Positions 63,532-64,000 of a stretch of 64,000 bases of DNA are shown in pieces. The notes beneath the pieces were generated by a model. It saw only the letters and a list, made by a program, of their open reading frames with translations. It ran no database searches and had not been told where the DNA came from. Numbering within the stretch: the stretch's first letter is position 1; the number at the start of each line of letters is the position of its first letter. Source of the stretch: Acidobacteriota bacterium. Its GTDB lineage: Bacteria > Acidobacteriota > G020349885. The stretch is taken from positions 2,284,432 through 2,348,431 of the forward strand of contig CP070701.1 of NCBI GenBank assembly GCA_020349885.1. The letters are read 5' to 3'. The position numbers and the translations under genes were made by a program.

Positions 63532-64000
63532 ATGTGGTGGGAATCTGTGCTGGTGCTCGTGGTCTTTTCGGGTGCGCTCTACCTGTTCGCCAGGGAAATC
63601 ATGCGCCCCGACCTGGTGGCGCTCCTCGTCATGGCCGTCCTGATGGTGTTTCAGCTCGTGACGGTGGAGGAGGGCGTTGCGGGGTTCAGCAACCCGGCCG
63701 TCATCACGGTGGTCATGATGTTTCTTCTGAGCGCCGGCCTCGTTAAAACGGGCGTCGCGGATTTTATGGGAAAGCTCATCAGCACCGTGGGCGGAGGGCA
63801 CCCCCTGCTTCTCACGGCGACCGTCATGCTCGCCGTGGGGGCGATGTCGTGCTTCATGAACAACATCGCGGCGACCGTGATCCTTATCCCGGCCGTGATG
63901 GCGGCGGCGCGGCGCGCCGAGCTGGCGCCCACCAAGCTCCTCATCCCGCTCTCGTTCGGGTCTCTCCTCGGAGGCCTTTGCACGCTAATCGGCACGCCGC
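63532..64000 (+). CDS. SLC13/DASS-type (TrkA-C-associated) anion permease, 5' portion (runs off window end)
   Basis: Manual translation from the ATG at 63532 gives an uninterrupted hydrophobic ORF (MWWESVLVLVVFSGALYLFAREIMRPDLVALLVMAVLMVFQLVTVEEGVAGFSNPAVITVVMMFLLSAGLVKTGVADFMGKLI...). It resembles SLC13 permease N-termini. Not in the ORF track because it has no stop within the window. The -10-like TAAAAT lies 9 nt upstream of the ATG. Confidence 0.55.
   Translation, partial: MWWESVLVLVVFSGALYLFAREIMRPDLVALLVMAVLMVFQLVTVEEGVAGFSNPAVITVVMMFLLSAGLVKTGVADFMGKLISTVGGGHPLLLTATVMLAVGAMSCFMNNIAATVILIPAVMAAARRAELAPTKLLIPLSFGSLLGGLCTLIGTP

Overview
This is a high-GC (roughly 65-70%) bacterial chromosomal segment with about 60 genes. 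Several traits fit a Myxococcota or deltaproteobacterial-like lineage, though that is only an inference: MopE-like Cys/Asp repeats, a DUF4388 protein, a RomR-like response regulator, many TPR proteins and Hanks-type kinases. The window is mostly core chromosome: xerD, yjbQ-surE, ispG, folD, a DUF3108-gmhB-lpxL lipid A cluster, a LOG-lepB-REC/PilZ operon, an M20 amidohydrolase, icd, mdh, rluD, recO, glyQ/glyS, sppA, truB, rbfA and DUF503. An RNase P RNA gene sits at 18268-18712 on the minus strand and a tRNA-Met(CAT) at 49191-49262; neither is in the ORF track. The most distinctive content is listed below.
- A sigma54-driven type IV pilus minor-pilin operon (fimT-pilV-pilW-pilX-pilY1, 52176-61185, minus strand) with a roughly 1830-aa PilY1 carrying MopE-like Cys/Asp repeats. 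These repeat modules are shared at nucleotide level with a second secreted repeat protein downstream, next to the tRNA-Met gene.
- An orphan beta-class N6/N4 DNA methyltransferase inserted and translationally coupled between glyQ and glyS, with a conspicuous low-GC patch.
- A DUF4388/TM/GspG-like protein ending in eight 24-nt tandem repeats.
- A dual-kinase-domain Ser/Thr kinase next to a DUF1611, RomR-like regulator and two CheW-like genes.
- Recurring short intergenic elements and several apparently leaderless or extended -10 promoters.
Many long Arg-rich ORFs antisense to real genes are GC-frame artefacts and are not reported as genes.
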